This document shows positions 1 to 12,461 of a DNA stretch of 64,000 bases, in pieces. Numbering within the stretch: the first letter of the stretch is position 1; every line of letters begins with the position of its first letter. The position numbers and the translations under genes were made by a program. This DNA comes from Podarcis tiliguerta (taxonomy: Eukaryota): the NCBI GenBank assembly GCA_965153285.1, contig OZ229112.1. The stretch is one strand, 5' to 3'. Under the pieces are notes generated by a model. That model was not told the origin of the DNA. It made no database searches and saw nothing but the letters and a program-made list of their open reading frames with translations.

Positions 1-1309
1 GTGAGCCCTGAGGAATTGGCCTGAAACTGTTGCCGAAGAAGAAGCATTCTGGTTCCCTAGACCTACCGAAAGACTCTTGGTCATCACTGATACATGAATT
101 TCTGTGTTCAGGATATATGGAGGCATTTCTCCATGTCTGGAGGCTGTATGCCCCTGAATACCAGTGCTGGGGAGCAATGTCAGGAGAAGGTTGTTGCTTT
201 CATGACCTCCTTCTAGGCTTCTCATAGGCATTTGGTTGGTCACTGTATGAAACTGGCTACAGGCTTTGCTCCCTTAATTTTCAACTCTTGTTTAAAACAC
301 TGTGCTCCAAACCATTCAGTTCCTCTGTGACTTTTCTTCAGCATGGTGTTCTAAAGGTGGGATTCAACAAACGAGTCCTGTCAGTGGGCTTGCCCTCCTC
401 TCCTTCCACTTTGGGGCCCCCTGAAATTGTCTGGGGTGGTGGTGTCAGGAGAACCCCTAGAACAGGTTGGGAGAGAGAGGGGACATTGTGCTGTTTGGCA
501 AACCAACCAACCATCACACATAGTAAGATCAAAGGCTTACAGCTATCTCATGTGGGAGGAGTGCCACCTACTGAGCCACCAGCAACCTGGTTTGAGCTTT
601 CTCTAGAGGTCATCTTCCTTAAGCTGTCAGTGGCACCATCTGACCCTGCTTAGCTGAAGAGATCTGACAGGATTTGACAGTCCAACAAGATACGGCTGCT
701 TAATTGGAGATTATGCTGAAAGTATCTGTTGCAGTCTATTCCCAACCCTTTCCCAGTTCTATGTCTTTGAGTTAGGTTTCTTGATTTGGGCCTGGTTCAT
801 CAGTACAATGTGGCCTTCAACAAAATAGGGAATCTAGGGTTGCTTCTGAAATCCCCCTCACCTGAGGTTTTTGAACCTCTCAGTTGCCTGGTTTTCTTTC
901 AAAAGCAGAACCGATCCATTCTGGATTCTCCATTGTTCCAGATTTTATTTTTTATTTTTGTAGGGAGCACCGTGCAAAATCTGTTTTGCCACAATGTTGA
1001 GTGCCTTCAATTCCTCTCTGGGTTTTCTTTCAGGAGGAATGGAAGGCATAGCATAGGGAGCCTGTGGAATAATAAAATATACCTTCCATTTACAGCAGGG
1101 GTAGGATCCTCAGGTCCAGACCTCTCTCTCTGGCCCTTGAGACTGCCCCAAGGCTGTGCTTGTCACTGATTCTGCTCTGTGCCTTTCCTTGAGAACTTTA
1201 GCCTGGCTGAAATATGGTCTTGCATAGCAATAATGTCTCTTGTTGCCTGGATGGAGAGGTGTGTAGAAGCCTCAGAGTTTTGCATGGCTGTAATGTAGGC
1301 AAAAATCAT

Positions 1310-2026
1310 AGGTGAAGGTAAATGACCCCTGGATGGTTAAGTCCAGTCAAAGGTGATTCAGAAGCGGAGCGAGGTGGGTGTGGCCCGCCCTGGGTGTCAT
1401 CCCTGGGGGTGGGTGACATTGCTGTGCTACCCCCCCCCCGGAAGCTCGCCATGGGCAGTGCCTCCCTGGGATGCCGCAGACGGTGCACCGCCCGAGACTG
1501 TCGCCATGGGCGTCACCACCTGGGACGCTTGCCACAGACGGGGCACCACCTCAGGTTGCTCACCCCACCCCCCTGGGATGCTCTCCCTGTTCCCCTGGGA
1601 TGTTCATCCCACCCCCATGGGTGGCTAGCTATGCCCCCTGGGTGCACACCACTCCTGGTGCCAGAGCAGCTAACTCTGCCTCTGAGGCGATTATGGGGAT
1701 GAGGCGCTCATCTCGCTTTCAGGCTGGGGGAGCTGGTGTTTGTCAACAGACAGCTTTCCGGGTCAGGTGGCCAGCATGACTAAACCGCTTCTGGCCCAAT
1801 GGAACACTGTGACGGAAACCAGAGTGCACGGAAACACTGTTTACCTTCCTGCTGCAGTGTTACCTATTTATCTACTTGCACTGGCGTGCTTTCGAACTGC
1901 TAGGTTGTTAGGAGCTGGGACAGAGCAACGGGAGCTCACCACCATCACACGTATTCAAACTGCCAACCTTCCCATCAGCAAGCCCAAGAGGCTCAGTGGT
2001 TTAGACCACAGCGCCACCCACATCTC
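1310..2026 (-). mobile_element. Sauria SINE, interrupted by a hAT MITE at 1359-1684
   Basis: Reverse-complement tRNA-like head (...ccacagcgccaccca), body motif acctatttatctacttgca and an (AGGTAA)-type tail. 13-bp TSD taggcaaaaatca at 1296-1308 and 2027-2039. Confidence 0.93.
1359..1684. mobile_element. hAT-family non-autonomous element (GC-rich MITE)
   Basis: Imperfect TIRs CAGAAGCGGAGCGAG / CTAACTCTGCCTCTG. 8-bp TSD aggtgatt (1351-1358) / aggcgatt (1685-1692). Confidence 0.88.
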
Positions 2027-4499
2027 TAGGCAAAAATCACACCTGTTACTTGGCCTACTTTTGCCTCTGGCCCCACCTGCTTTCCCCTTTGGATCTGCCC
2101 AAAACTGGCCTCAGATGATTCCCTACCAAGGGATGAAGCCCTCAAGCTGAAGGTTCTCTGTTTTCCAGGATCTTGCTTCAAAAAAGGTTTCTTGCTTCCC
2201 AGTGAAACTTTGAATCCTTACTAGCACTGAGTTATTTTTATAGTCACTTCTTTGGGGTGGCATAGAAATTCTCATAATTTGATCTTCTGTCATGGAACAG
2301 CATCCCAAAGTCCTGGGGATTTTCATTACAGTCAATAAACACCACAGGTGGCCTAGGACATGGGACATATATATATCAGCATTCTAGAAAGCTTACAGCT
2401 GCCAGCCAAGAAGTGCTTCTGTCACAATGACATGGAACAGGGCACAGGTGCAAAGCTTTGCAAGCAAAGCCTTGAAGTGGAAGCCTGTAAAATAGTAATT
2501 GCATCCAGTCCTAAATTCACATTATATTTGATATACCTTTATTCACCTCAACGGAATTATATTGGGACCAATCTGTCTCGCTGTTTTTAACAGAGGAACA
2601 TAAGAAGAAAGGCAGCCTATCTCACTTACGATGAACTTGGCCTAAGACAGGGGCTTACCAGGCATTAATTTTTACATGTATTAGTCAAATTGTACAGCAG
2701 CCCTTCACTCCTGACCCTCGGCTTGCTCTTCTATCTATTTTTAGGGAAGAGGTTAAGAAGCCTCTGGTCTACAGAGATCTGATGCTGAAGCTACTGGTGA
2801 CTGCTAGATAAGAAATAGTATGTCACCAGATGGATCTTGCTAACCTCTCTGGTATGCCAGGGCCTGCCAATTGACTGCAAATGAGAAGTTAGCATAGAGC
2901 TGTCGGAAAGACGGGGGAGAAATACAAGTTCTCTGATACATGGTTTCAATATATTATATATGCTAATAACAAAGATAAAGGCACTCTGACATCTGACATC
3001 CCATCTCTCCTTTAGTTTGACTCAGTAGTTTCAGCAGACCTACAAATTGAGAATGCTGTTGTTGTTCTGTATCCATCACTACCTATGCAGTGATTTTGCA
3101 CTAATTTGCTGTTTATGTATTCATGAAAAAGTTCAACAAAAACTTGTTTTCCAACAAACAAACAAACAAGCAAACAAACAAACAAACCATACACTTAGTT
3201 TTAAATTGAGTCTGCAGATACTGGTTTGTATCCACAACTAAGTAATACTCAGCATCAATGGACTTAAGATAGTAACATCCACTTGGGTATGACTTAGGTG
3301 GATAGAATCTGCAGACATCAGCATGGGACATCAGCGTTTTGCCCTAGGCAAAGTTCAGTGTCAACTCGCTCCTCCATTTGCTCACCTTATATAATATTAG
3401 CCTTTCTTTGTTCCACATTCACGCACTGCTAGACTTCTAAATGAGGATGATAAGAGATACAACAGAAGGGGAGAAACACAGAAACTGGATGGGTATTGTT
3501 AGGAGTAGTGGGAGACCCTGGTTGTACTGCTGTAAGGAATGAGATTTGTATTTTAAAAAACCAATTTGTAAATAGTTTCTCTTCCTAAATTACTTTCCAA
3601 TGGATAAACTGTTTGCCATTTTTCAATGTCATCTTCATGACATCCTTTTGAGATGGATTAAGTCGAGAGGCAGTGACTTATTTAAGGCAACCATTTGCAT
3701 TCATTCAGTGATTCGAAGCAGGTTCTCCCTCAAGCAAATCCAATATATGAATTGTTGGATTAGTTAACTTCTGTTCTATGTCAGTTCCACATGTGTTTGT
3801 TCATGCCCATTCCGTCACATTTCCACATCAATCTGCAAATGTAAAATTTGCATTGCTTTTTAAACCTCCCCTCCCACCTTGAAAATATTCATTTTCTATG
3901 CTTTTTGGTACTTTTTAGAGCTGAGAACTGTATCACAAAATTCAGAGAAATGTGAAAAACAAAGGAGAATGTAGTTTTGATTTGCAAATTAATCCACAAA
4001 GCACATGGAAATATTGACTAAATAAAATCATTGAGCATCCCTAGCACAGAATTATACCTGTGGCTCTGTACTGGCATGATGAAGCAGAGATGGCTAATCT
4101 GATGTCTTGCTGGACACCAACAGCCCTCGGTCCTAACAATTGACCATGTTGGCAAGTGGCTGGTGGGAGCTGCACCGAACATCTGGACAGCCATAGGTTA
4201 GCCACCAATGTTGTAGAAGATCAGCTCCCCTCCACATACCTAGGAGGAAGGAGCATGGAAGCAAGTTGAGGAAACCTGGAAATGAAGATCCCTCTGACAG
4301 GACAATAAAGCTGGATGAGATATTCAGTGAGACAGACATAATAGGCAAGGGAACCGATCAGCTCTGAACTGGCTGGATGTGTATGTGGAATTCTCTCCTT
4401 TTGGTTAAAAAAAATGCAATTTCTTAGTGATCTAGAAAAATAATAGGATCCCACTGAATGAACTGTTCTTCTTTGTACATATCTTAGTTATGGATCCTT

Positions 4500-5040
4500 T
4501 TAGTATGTAGTGATGCCTGTGACCGTCGCCCTCCTTGTAGTTTAGTGTAACTTTCAGATCAGAAACAGCCCCCATTGTGCAGATTGCAACTCATTGGAAA
4601 CATTAGCAACCAAGTCGGCATCGTTTTCTGTTGCTAACTATTTGTAATACTCTGTCGAACAAGGAATTATTTTTGTACAGGCTAACTCCGAATCCATCAG
4701 ACATGTCAGGCAGTGGCCCCATCACTTTAAATCTGCATTGTGTTTGGTCACGCTTATTCAAGGAGACGCAGCCTGTTTCTCAAACTGAAATTGATGAAGA
4801 CATATTTGTTGAACTGTAACAAGTGCTGTTAGGGCCAATAATAACAACTATAGTTAGGCATGCTAAATGTAATAAAAATCTTGCCTGCGGAGATCCATGG
4901 GGTCGGGAAGCAATTTTTAATGCCCACGTACAGCGTCGCACAATTTACTGGGTGAATTTCAAAAGGTTCACATTGTTTGGAGCAGCGCTGATTAAATAGC
5001 GTCAGTGACAAGCCCACAAACTCAACAAAGAATGGCAAGT
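4500..5040. promoter_or_regulatory. Candidate conserved non-coding element / enhancer
   Basis: No recognisable repeat and retains several CpGs. Inverted RFX half-site-like pair TTAGCAAC (4603-4610) / GTTGCTAA (4630-4637). Conservation cannot be shown here. Confidence 0.3.
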
Positions 5041-5296
5041 CTGACCACTCTTTAAGTTAAAATCCCTTTCCTCTGACTTCCGTAAGAGGGCAGGAAACAC
5101 TGGGATCCTGTTGAGACCCTTTCCCAGAACGCATGGAGCCAAAGGGAAAACTGTTTACTTGCCCAGGATCCAGTGTCCCTATTCCCACCGGTTGTAGCCC
5201 TAGATCTTTGCTCACTGAGCAGGAATGTCTGAATGGGAAATCTCAGAACATCCAGCTGAACATGGTTAGAGTCCTCCGTGTGATTTGGAGGTGTCA

Positions 5297-5495
5297 GGGA
5301 ATGACTGTAGTTCAGTTGTAGAGCATATGCTTTGCATGCAGAAGGTCCCGGGTTCAATCCTCAGCAGCTCTAAGTAGGGATGGGAAAGAACCCTGTCTGA
5401 AATCCTGGGGAATGCTTCTGCCAGTCCATGCAGACAATGCTGAGCTAGCTGGAGCAATGGTCGGACTCAGTAGAAAGCAGCTTCCTATGTCCCTA
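5297..5495 (+). mobile_element. tRNA-Ala(TGC)-derived SINE with CR1-like 3' tail
   Basis: Head tgtagttcagttgtagagcatatgctttgcatgcagaaggtcccgggttcaatcc has A/B boxes and a TGC anticodon loop. Tail gcagcttcctatgtccct. Multiple copies in the window. Confidence 0.85.
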
Positions 5496-5539
5496 TACAA
5501 AACTTAGGAAACTCCAGCAAAAGAAGACAGATCTTCTCC

Positions 5540-5786
5540 CCAGTGTGGTGTAGTGGTTAAGAGCGGTAGACTCATAATCTGGTGAACCGGGTTCATGTCC
5601 CCGCTCCTTCACATGCAGCTGCTGGGTGACCTTGGGCTAGTCACACTTCTCTGAAGTCTCTCAGCCCCACTCACCTCACAGAGTGTTTGTTGTGGGGGAG
5701 GAAGGGAAAGGAGACTGTTAGCCGCTTTGAGACTCCTTCGGGTAGTGATAAAGTGGGATATCAAATCCAAACTCTTCTTCTTCTTC
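5540..5786 (+). mobile_element. Squam3-like tRNA/CORE SINE (young copy)
   Basis: ccagtgtggtgtagtggttaagagc head, CORE-like gggtgaccttgggctagtcac and (TCT)n tail. Near-identical to 45093-45334. Confidence 0.88.
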
Positions 5787-5924
5787 CCCAATACTTTTTT
5801 TTTAAAGGTTGCTATTGATATATCCCTATTTGAAAATAAATTGCAGTAGGTTTTAGACTGCTGCATTTGAGTTTTGTATTTGTACTTAATCATTACACTT
5901 ATTTCCCTTCTCCTCACTTCTTTA

Positions 5925-6058
5925 TCCTTGCAACAATCTTGTAAGGTAGGCTAGACTATGGTTGCCCCAAGGTCACCCAGTGAGCTTGATGGCTGACTGA
6001 TTGAACCCTGATCTCCCAGGTCCTAATCCAACACAGTAACTGCTAAACCACACTGGCT
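5925..6058 (-). mobile_element. Older Squam3/MIR-like CORE SINE fragment
   Basis: gccccaaggtcacccagtgagctt ... accacactggct is the reverse complement of the CORE and tRNA head. Confidence 0.7.
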
Positions 6059-6759
6059 TTCTTTTGACCATTGTGAACCATATCAGGACCATTGTGAACC
6101 ACATCTTTTTGGATGAAAGATGGCATGGAATTAAATCCAACTTAAGCTAAAACAGACTAGGCAAGAAATTTCTCCCTGGTATGATATCATTTTCTGTGTG
6201 CAGAGGAATCTTTATGTAGCAGATAGGGATGGGTTTAAATTTGTTTCCATGGATGTCCTTGTTCCACTGAAAAGAGATATGGCATCTTTGGGACTTTCCA
6301 ACAGAAGAAGAAATACCAGTTTTAATCAATGTTAGAATTATATCAGCTATTAATTTGAATGCTGATTCCTGGATTCCACATTGTTCTCCATTTAAAGGCA
6401 GGCAGACCTGCTTAAATTGTGCATGGTTCCCCTGTGCTCATCATGATCCAAAATTCAAAGCAGACAGTCCAGCTATTACACATCCATTCAGTCCAATTAG
6501 TGTTCATCACGCTCCCCATTCAAAGCAAATACTTGGTAGCTTTTATATGTCCACCTGGTCCATTGTGATTTGCACAATATGTTGCAGAACAACTTGTCAC
6601 TCTTGTCTTTTCTTCTTTGTAGACCAAATCAGGAACACATATATTCATGGGGACGCTTATCTGCAACAGCAAAAATGTGTGTGTTGTTGTTTTTTGCTTC
6701 TGAAAGCAACATTTATGGATATTTGTTTCTTGTCTAGTGGTAGAGAGGTCAGGCGTTAG

Positions 6760-6819
6760 ATTGCAGGCGGTTGGACTAGATGTCCCTACGAGGTCCCTTC
6801 CAATTCTATGATTCTGTGA
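6760..6819 (+). mobile_element. CR1 LINE extreme 3' end
   Basis: ggttggactagatg...ggtcccttccaattctatgattctgtga gives the CR1 stem-loop plus ATTCTRTG octamer repeats. Confidence 0.85.
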
Positions 6820-6867
6820 ACTGAATATGTAGATATGCAATCCTACCTATTTCCTTAAAGTGTTCCA

Positions 6868-7062
6868 AGGAACAGAAGACGCTGCTTTTATAACAAATCA
6901 GACCATTATTCCATCCAGCTCAGTATTGTCAACCCTGGCTGGAAGTGGCTCTTCATGTTTTCAGGCAGGAGCCTCTCCTAGTCTTTCCTGGAGGTGCTAG
7001 GAATTTATCCTGGGACCTTTTGCATTCCAAGTATGTGGTCTGCTACTGAGCTATTGCCCTTC
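6868..7062 (-). mobile_element. tRNA-Ala-derived SINE copy
   Basis: Reverse-complement similarity to 5297-5495 over its full length. Confidence 0.8.
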
Positions 7063-8244
7063 GCCAGGGAGACATTGTGCACATAGCTACCCCTTCTTCC
7101 CTCAAGAGACACCTGGCTTATTGATGCTCTGGTTCTGTCACCTTATCACCTGCTTCCTCACTATCTCATGCAGTTCTCCTTTCTCCCTGACACTCATTTA
7201 TTAAGTTCAGTCATGCTATTGAGTTTTCAGATTTGATTTGGCTTTCCCCTTGTTCCTTCCTTCCATAAATCTTTGTTACCCAAACAAAACCATTGGAGAT
7301 GCCCGACCACCGCTGCAACATCTGAAGGCTTTTATGGATTGACCTTTCCTGTGCTAAATGAGTTCCATGCTCAATAGGGCAACAGTAGAGAATGAGTCAA
7401 AGACTGCTGGAGAAGCACTTGTGTGTGTGCTCGCACACACACACACACACACACACACAGAGTCTTCTCAAACACTTTGCTTTGATGCTTTATTTTCATA
7501 TTTATATGAAGGGTTCATATATATCTGGGTTCTTGCTGAGAGTAAAAAGACATAGATCGTGAACTTTGCATATTTCATTCCCAGCATTTATGGGTTTTGT
7601 TTGCAGCCAGATGGGTGGGGTGGAAATAATAAATTATTATTTTTACTTTTACTGGCAGCTGATTAAATATATCTCAAGGTAGGCAGACATGCATAAAAGG
7701 ACTGCAGACTCGAAATTTCCCACCAGTGCCCCAGTTGCTCTTTTTGGAGAGTTTAGCATCTTCATACCCTAAACTACTCACTGATTTATATGAGTCCACT
7801 TTTAACAGCTATATCTACAGACAGCAAACATATTGAACCAACTCCTAATGAACTGATTACTTAGCTTAGCATTTTAACTGCCACATTTAACATCCTTTCA
7901 CCCTCATAAAGATATTGAACTACAAAAGGGATTATAGCTTCCGGGCTGATTGTGACACCCTTTAAAATTAACCCAGAGATTTAATCAAAAGGCATAACCG
8001 TAAACAACAACAAATTAAAACAGGAAGGAAAAACAGATTTTTGCTTGATGGGCGGATAAAAAGTTGGGGCTGGTGTCATTATGGAGGTAAAAGGATTAAC
8101 AGGATTGTCTATTAGATTCTCGGCTTCTGCTTTGCATGGAGACTCAAAGGACACATATATACAGAATTTGGTGCACAAAACAAGTATGACATACCCATCT
8201 ATTCAAGGGTCTGAACTAGCACAAAGGACAGGGTTCTTCTAAAG

Positions 8245-8715
8245 CAGGGATGGCCAACTCTCAAGCAACTGTGATCTACTTTCAGAATTAAAAACTGGCA
8301 GTGATCTACCCCCATTTGGGGCGGTTCAGTTCAAAGTTGTTGAGCTTTTTTGGGGGAAGGAAAGCCCCTTTTTCGGGAGGAGAAAAGCCCCCCGTTTTTT
8401 AGGGGTTAAAAAATCTTTTGGGGGACTTCCATTTCTGGGGGGAGGTTGTTAAAGGCAAAGGACAAAGGGGTAAAGTTTCTCACAAAAAGATCACTATGGA
8501 TGAAAACAGCAGCACAGAGAAAGCTCAGTCTTCCCTTCCAGAGATCAAACAACAATTGAGGGGTGGGCCAAGGGGACAAGGCAGGAGTCAGTTTTAGCAA
8601 TGCTAAGGAAAGGGAGCCAGAGATCAACCACAATCTACCTAAACCTCACAGAGATCTACCAGTAGATCACCTCACAGGGATCTACTAGTAGATCATGACC
8701 TGTTGGACATCCCTG
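8245..8715. mobile_element. hAT (Buster/Charlie-type) MITE
   Basis: TIRs CAGGGATGGCCAAC / GTTGGACATCCCTG. Perfect 8-bp TSD ttctaaag at 8237-8244 and 8716-8723. Subterminal GATCTAC repeats. Related inverted copy at 49600-50006. Confidence 0.93.
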
Positions 8716-10023
8716 TTCTAAAGTTTTCTCTCTGTTACTTTTACAACTTCAGAAAGTTTTTCTATGTTAGAGAAGACTCAGAAATGCAACACATCACCTA
8801 TATACGCTGAAGTGGTACAGTCCAAGAACTCCTCTACCACCTCATTATGTGAAAATGGCTCTGATTCCATGTGCACTTATGTGAATTTATATGCAATTCC
8901 ACATGTGCTGGACCATTAACATGCAGTGCTCACGTGACAGCAGTGCACCCACCAAGGAAGGCCATGGATAGCTGGCATGCTAACCAATGGTGTAGCAGAG
9001 AAGGATCATGGGTGAGTGCAGATCCAGCACATTTCCCAGAGGAAGCAATGGTGTCATCTGCTGGAGCAGTATTTGCCATTGTTGTATCCTTGGGGAGTTG
9101 AAGGACAGGTCAGGCCTGGCACATGATCTCTCTGTCAGGTAGGCTAGGCTCAGACAGTGACTAGCCCAAGTTGAACTTCATAGCTGATCATGTCTTCTCA
9201 GCCAAAGTCCAGTGGGGTAAGCCCTGCCCAACCCATCAGCTCACTATTCTAGGACATGGCAGCTGATCTTAACAAAATGCTATACCATGTTGCTTTGGGG
9301 GAAGTACGTTCATCACTGTGTATAATGATAAATCAATGGTTGCTTGCCACATGCTGGTGACAGGCAGGACCAGAGGCAAAAATGGACAAAGAAATGTCAC
9401 CTTTGTACTCTATGCAAATTTCTACCCATATTTGCACAGCCTTCTCCGTCCTTAATCGAACAAGAAGCATGATGAGAGTTCAAGGAATTATTCCAACCAG
9501 GAAAAAACAGTCAAGCAGGATGCAAAGCATGGCTGGGAAGGGGGGGGGGGTGTCCTGGGGAGAGGAGGTGTGGCAAAGGAGGGTGTGTTGCTGGGGAGAG
9601 TTCCAAGGACCAGGTAGGAAGGGCTGCCTGGAGGTTTTCCATTTTGTTCTGGTAGTTCTCCATTTCTCTTTTGCACAAATGGGACAGTGCACATGCTAAG
9701 AGCATTTCAACATGTCTAGGCATAAGAAAAAATGCTGGCACGGGTAAATGCTTTACCTGTTGCCTTCATCCTATATAAATCAACCGCTGCAGAACAATAT
9801 GCTTAGTCTAAAGAACTGATTTTTTTGCAGTTGGGTGTGTGGGGGGGGGATCTGATATGCAGAGGTGTGTAGATCATCTGCAGTGTTTCACCGGGAAATT
9901 CATTTGACCATCATATTCTACCATGATTATTGAAATTCTGTCTGATAAAAAGACACAGTGTGTGTGTGCATGTGTGGGGGGGTGAGTGAGTATTGATTTC
10001 TCTGCAGCACCAAAATAGCATGT

Positions 10024-10037
10024 GTTGCCATAGCAAC
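10024..10037. promoter_or_regulatory. RFX X-box motif
   Basis: GTTGCCATAGCAAC is 13/14 to the palindromic X-box GTTGCCATGGCAAC and lies in apparently unique sequence. Function untested. Confidence 0.5.
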
Positions 10038-10374
10038 AGGTGATCCTCCAAAATCTTTTTTTTTTTTTTAATGCTTTGATTTAGGTTTGGAAGTGAGACA
10101 TGGATATCAGTGGTGACACATTAATCCAGACCATCTGCAGCAAGTGCCTGTTGTGCAGGGGGTTGGGGAAGTGAGAGAAAGAAGGAAAAAAACCCTCCTC
10201 GTTTGGTAATTATTAAGGAAGATGCACTCCTGCAATGGCTCATGAAGCTCACTTGCCAAACCAATAATAAGCTTTTGGAATGAAATGAATATCTCTGTAA
10301 GAGCCTGATCCAAATGTCCATTAAGGCACCTTGTATTCTTTGGTATTTATCAGGCCCCATCTTTGAGCAGAGGA

Positions 10375-10406
<32 letters not shown>

Positions 10407-10684
10407 CAGCCAAAGTTAAGCACTTTTAGGTCCATTTGATTTAAGCATGTGCTTAACACTCTTCCATTGAATTGACAGTGTTTAACTTCAGGGCACCATT
10501 TAGGAGGAACTGAAGGAAGTAACCAGTACTTACCATGAAGTTGTTACAGTAAGTGCCACGCTTTTTAACAACAAGAAGAGGTGCCGGTACTGCATACATT
10601 TGAGTAGCCCCTGGAAAAAAGCACCAGAAGCTCAACGTTGGAACATTCATGGCAGATAAAAGAGAGTACATCTTCGTGCGGCAC

Positions 10685-10995
10685 ATACTTAAACTATGGA
10701 ACTCAGTCCCACAGGAGGCAGTAATTGCTACTAACTTGGATGGATTTAAAAGAGGGCTAGACAAATTCATGGAGGATAAGGCTACCGGTGGCTACTAGTT
10801 GTGATGGCTATGCTTTGTCTCCACAATTGGAGGCAGTGGTGCTTCTGAATACCAGTTGCTGGAAACTTCAGGAGGCAAGATTGCTGTTGTGATTGAATGC
10901 TGCTTGCAGATTTCTGACTGGCTGGCTACTGTGAGAACAGGATGTTGAACTAGTTGGACCTTTGGCCTGATCCAGCAGTCTCGTCTTACATTTTT
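10685..10995 (+). mobile_element. CR1 LINE 3' fragment
   Basis: ...tggaactca...aacttggatggatttaaaagagggctagacaaattcatggaggataaggcta... matches the CR1 ORF2 end and 3' UTR seen repeatedly in this window. Confidence 0.85.
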
Positions 10996-11011
10996 ATGGA
11001 AATAAGCCCTG

Positions 11012-11219
11012 NNNNNNNNNNNNNNNNNNNNNNNNNNNNNNNNNNNNNNNNNNNNNNNNNNNNNNNNNNNNNNNNNNNNNNNNNNNNNNNNNNNNNNNNN
11101 NNNNNNNNNNNNNNNNNNNNNNNNNNNNNNNNNNNNNNNNNNNNNNNNNNNNNNNNNNNNNNNNNNNNNNNNNNNNNNNNNNNNNNNNNNNNNNNNNNNN
11201 NNNNNNNNNNNNNNNNNNN
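11012..11219. other. Assembly gap (208 N)
   Basis: Run of N. Confidence 1.
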
Positions 11220-11731
11220 TTCATTGGATTGCATTCCTTGTGCACTGGGGCTTACTTCTAAGTAATGCCTAGCAGAAATGTGCTGACACCTTTTAAATAT
11301 ATCCCCAAATGGTCCTTTGATCCTTGCTTCTCCCCCTTCCTACATGTACGCGCACGCACACACACACACGATTTAATCACCGCTGGATTACATCTCAGTT
11401 TTAAATGATGAGCCATTTCTCACACACTCAATAGGGAGTTATGGCCAATCACAGCTTTCTGATGAGTGTACCTGTGTGAAGCACATATTTGCAAACAATT
11501 TTTCTTCACATTAACATTTCTCATGTCTGATAGGGGTGTGTAAGGGGGGCGGGGAACGCCTCATAAGTCTCTTCTGTGGTTCTCCCTACACTTGGTTATG
11601 TCTGTTGTGTTCTTCGTTCATTTCCATTCTGTTCATTTCATTACACTGATTCTGGGCTGGTTTTTGTTTTTGTTTTGTCTTGTTTTATTTCCGATTTCTA
11701 CCCCCCCCCCCCCTTATTTTGTCACCTCCAG

Positions 11732-11736
11732 CAGCA
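11732..11736 (+). other. Candidate 5-nt microexon (CAGCA) of an unidentified host transcript
   Basis: ...ttttgtcacctccag|CAGCA|gtgagt. No AG dinucleotide between 11568 and 11729, a long U/C-rich tract, and a CTGAT branch-like motif near 11646-11650. Confidence 0.45.
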
Positions 11737-12150
11737 GTGAGTTACAGCAGCTGCTTGTTGGCGGCTGCCATTTTATTTTCCGACTATGTACCAGATGCCA
11801 GTTGTCACCACACACACACACACACACACACACAAGACAGCTCCTGCTATTTTAGCATGGAATGCATTGGAACGGCACAACATCTGGACATTCTTGGAAA
11901 ATGAAATAGAATAAAACAGGAAATCTAGAAAACAGGGAAGGGGAAACTTTTTTTCAGTCTTAAGACCTCCCTTCCTTTCTGGGCAACATTCCAGGGACCA
12001 CATGACTGTGGTGGGTGGGGCCAGAGGCAAAAGTGGGTGGAGCAACAAAGGTGGGTTGCACCTTTTATAGTAGGCTAGTTCTACACATTGTGGCATGCTC
12101 CTTTATATTCTCCATTTATTCAGACTAGCAAGAGTTTCAGGGCACATGCC

Positions 12151-12461
12151 AGTAGGAGAGAACTCAATAAGGTACTAAGCAGGTTCTATCAGAGTGTGAC
12201 CTTGGGGTGGAAGGATTACTAGCGGGAGAAGCATGGTCAAGGTAGAGTACAGAAGGCCAGGGTCCTGATGTGTCTGGGAGGTTACCCACCTGTGCTGTAT
12301 AAGAGGATCCGGCCACCAAATCAGCTGCTGCCATTGGAGAAATGGAAGCCCTCCCCTGAATGAGTGACTCATGGAATAAGAAGAATAAACCCATTTGACC
12401 CTCTGTTATTCATTGCATTTGCGTCAGATGAGTGAAAGTTGAACCAAATGGGCCCAGTACA
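12151..12461 (+). mobile_element. LTR-like element (possible solo LTR)
   Basis: ~310 bp with (A)GTAGG...AGTACA termini. TATA-like GTATAAGAG (~12297) precedes AATAAA (~12384). No TSD verified because a SINE abuts the 3' end. Confidence 0.45.

Larger units (their letters stand above)
1096..2160. mobile_element. Old hAT(Charlie-like) MITE, split by a Sauria SINE (pieces ~1096-1308 and ~2040-2160)
   Basis: Starts CAGGGGTAGG and ends near AAGGTTCTC. Interior resembles the element at ~17073-17440 (shared tct(c)ttg(c)ttgcctggatg). Ends are degenerate. Confidence 0.55.

Noticed and set aside
8-32. Minimal hammerhead core CTGAGGA-N8-GAAAC (Penelope-like)
   Set aside because: The core boxes are present, but I could not build convincing stems I and III and the motif is at the window edge. 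Upstream sequence and an Infernal search are needed.
444-669. TGTCAG...CTGACA bounded segment as a solo LTR
   Set aside because: It is short, has no TSD or clear poly(A) signal, and shows no similarity to the 51.5-kb LTR interior.
5297-5372. tRNA-Ala(TGC) gene
   Set aside because: The stems are mutated and the sequence continues into a repeated body and CR1-like tail present in several copies. It is a SINE head.
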